Shown here in pieces: positions 62,963 to 64,000 of a stretch of DNA of 64,000 nucleotides. The notes below the pieces were generated by a model. It was not told the origin of the DNA and did no database searches. It saw only the letters and a program-made list of their open reading frames with translations. Origin of the DNA: Podarcis tiliguerta (lineage: Eukaryota); the NCBI GenBank assembly GCA_965153285.1, contig OZ229120.1; one strand, 5' to 3'. A program made the translations under genes and the position numbers. Each line of letters begins with the position of its first letter. Position 1 is the first letter of the stretch.

Positions 62963-64000
62963 GTGAGTCACTAGCTCTATACCATTTTTAATAAGCACTC
63001 ACAAAACTAGAAAAAATACGCAGGCACTTTTCATGTTTGGGGGCTTTTTACTTGCAATTTTGTAGATTACAATCATCCTGTGTTTGCTGTGTGTGATGAA
63101 AGGCACTGTAGGAATTCAGTGCATACATAAATATAGTCTGTAGACTTGATTATAATCAAATGTTCCTTATGCTGTGGTCCCAAGATCAGTTGTTTTGAAA
63201 TAAATGGAATTTGCTTTCAAGCACATCTGTTTAAGTTAGGGTTGTGAGTAACAGGTATTGGTGGAGCTTTCCAAGATTCTTACTAAAAAACCCAGATGTT
63301 TTCATGTCAATGAAACTAGTCATGGTGTTAACATGGCTACAATATCTTACAGAAAAGCAAAAGTTGTTCAAGGGCAAGGGTTCCCCCCCCCCCCAACATT
63401 TATAAAATGATGGTGATGTTAAATAGTACAGATATTTTAACTGTGGAGGGGAGAAGCAGAGAAGCTTTGCTTACGGGAGTGCCCAAAATTATGCACTTTT
63501 GCTAGTCTTCATTTATTTTGAGCTACTGTTATTCCTGTGTGCAAGTCAGTTCTGCCAATTGTTTAGATATTTTATGCCCCCTTTAGTAATCTAGCTCCCT
63601 ATACATTAACATTGGCTCTGTAACAATGCACCCATCTTTAAAAAATAAAGCATTCTTTTCTGATCCTGATTTTGATGCAAGGCTCCCTGTTAGAGCCTTC
63701 TAAAGGCCAGTGTTTGGATCCATAACCATGTATTTCATGCTAAATTATTCAAGCTCCGGATTCTTACTAAATGTGGCATTTGGATAATAAAAAAAGCACT
63801 GGTTTTTGTGACGGTAGGATTTGGTCTTTATGCAGGAAGTGTACCTCTAGTTTGGGTTTTGTGCTTGGCTATTTTATTTCCTGTTGCAGTGGAATCCTAT
63901 TCATGGCCTGCTTAGAACTAAAGACACGTTAAGTTCTATTAAATTTATTCTCAGGTAAGTGTATGCAGGCTTAGTCTGGGTGTTCAAATCATGGAATGTT

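Overview
Vertebrate nuclear DNA, inferred to be from a squamate and probably a lacertid lizard, based on its Sauria/Squam-type SINEs and its BovB, CR1 and L2 fragments. The first ~58.5 kb is intergenic and rich in repeats: 7 Sauria SINEs, CORE-type and tRNA-headed SINEs, 5'-truncated BovB, CR1 and L2 LINEs, many hAT and Tc1/mariner-type MITEs with intact target-site duplications (TSDs), and one 187-N gap. The last ~5.5 kb holds the CpG-island promoter and 5' exons of transportin-1 (TNPO1, + strand): a probable non-coding first exon ending at 58920, a coding exon at 59107-59211 and a second at 62887-62962. Three observations stand out. (1) The intron between the two coding exons has the signature of a minor (U12-type) GT-AG intron. 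(2) Four short SINE-like elements join three different tRNA heads (Lys, Asn, Ile) to the same CR1 3' tail. (3) A strong candidate 65-nt poison exon lies at 63890-63954. Repeat family names were recognised from memory without database searches and need confirming.
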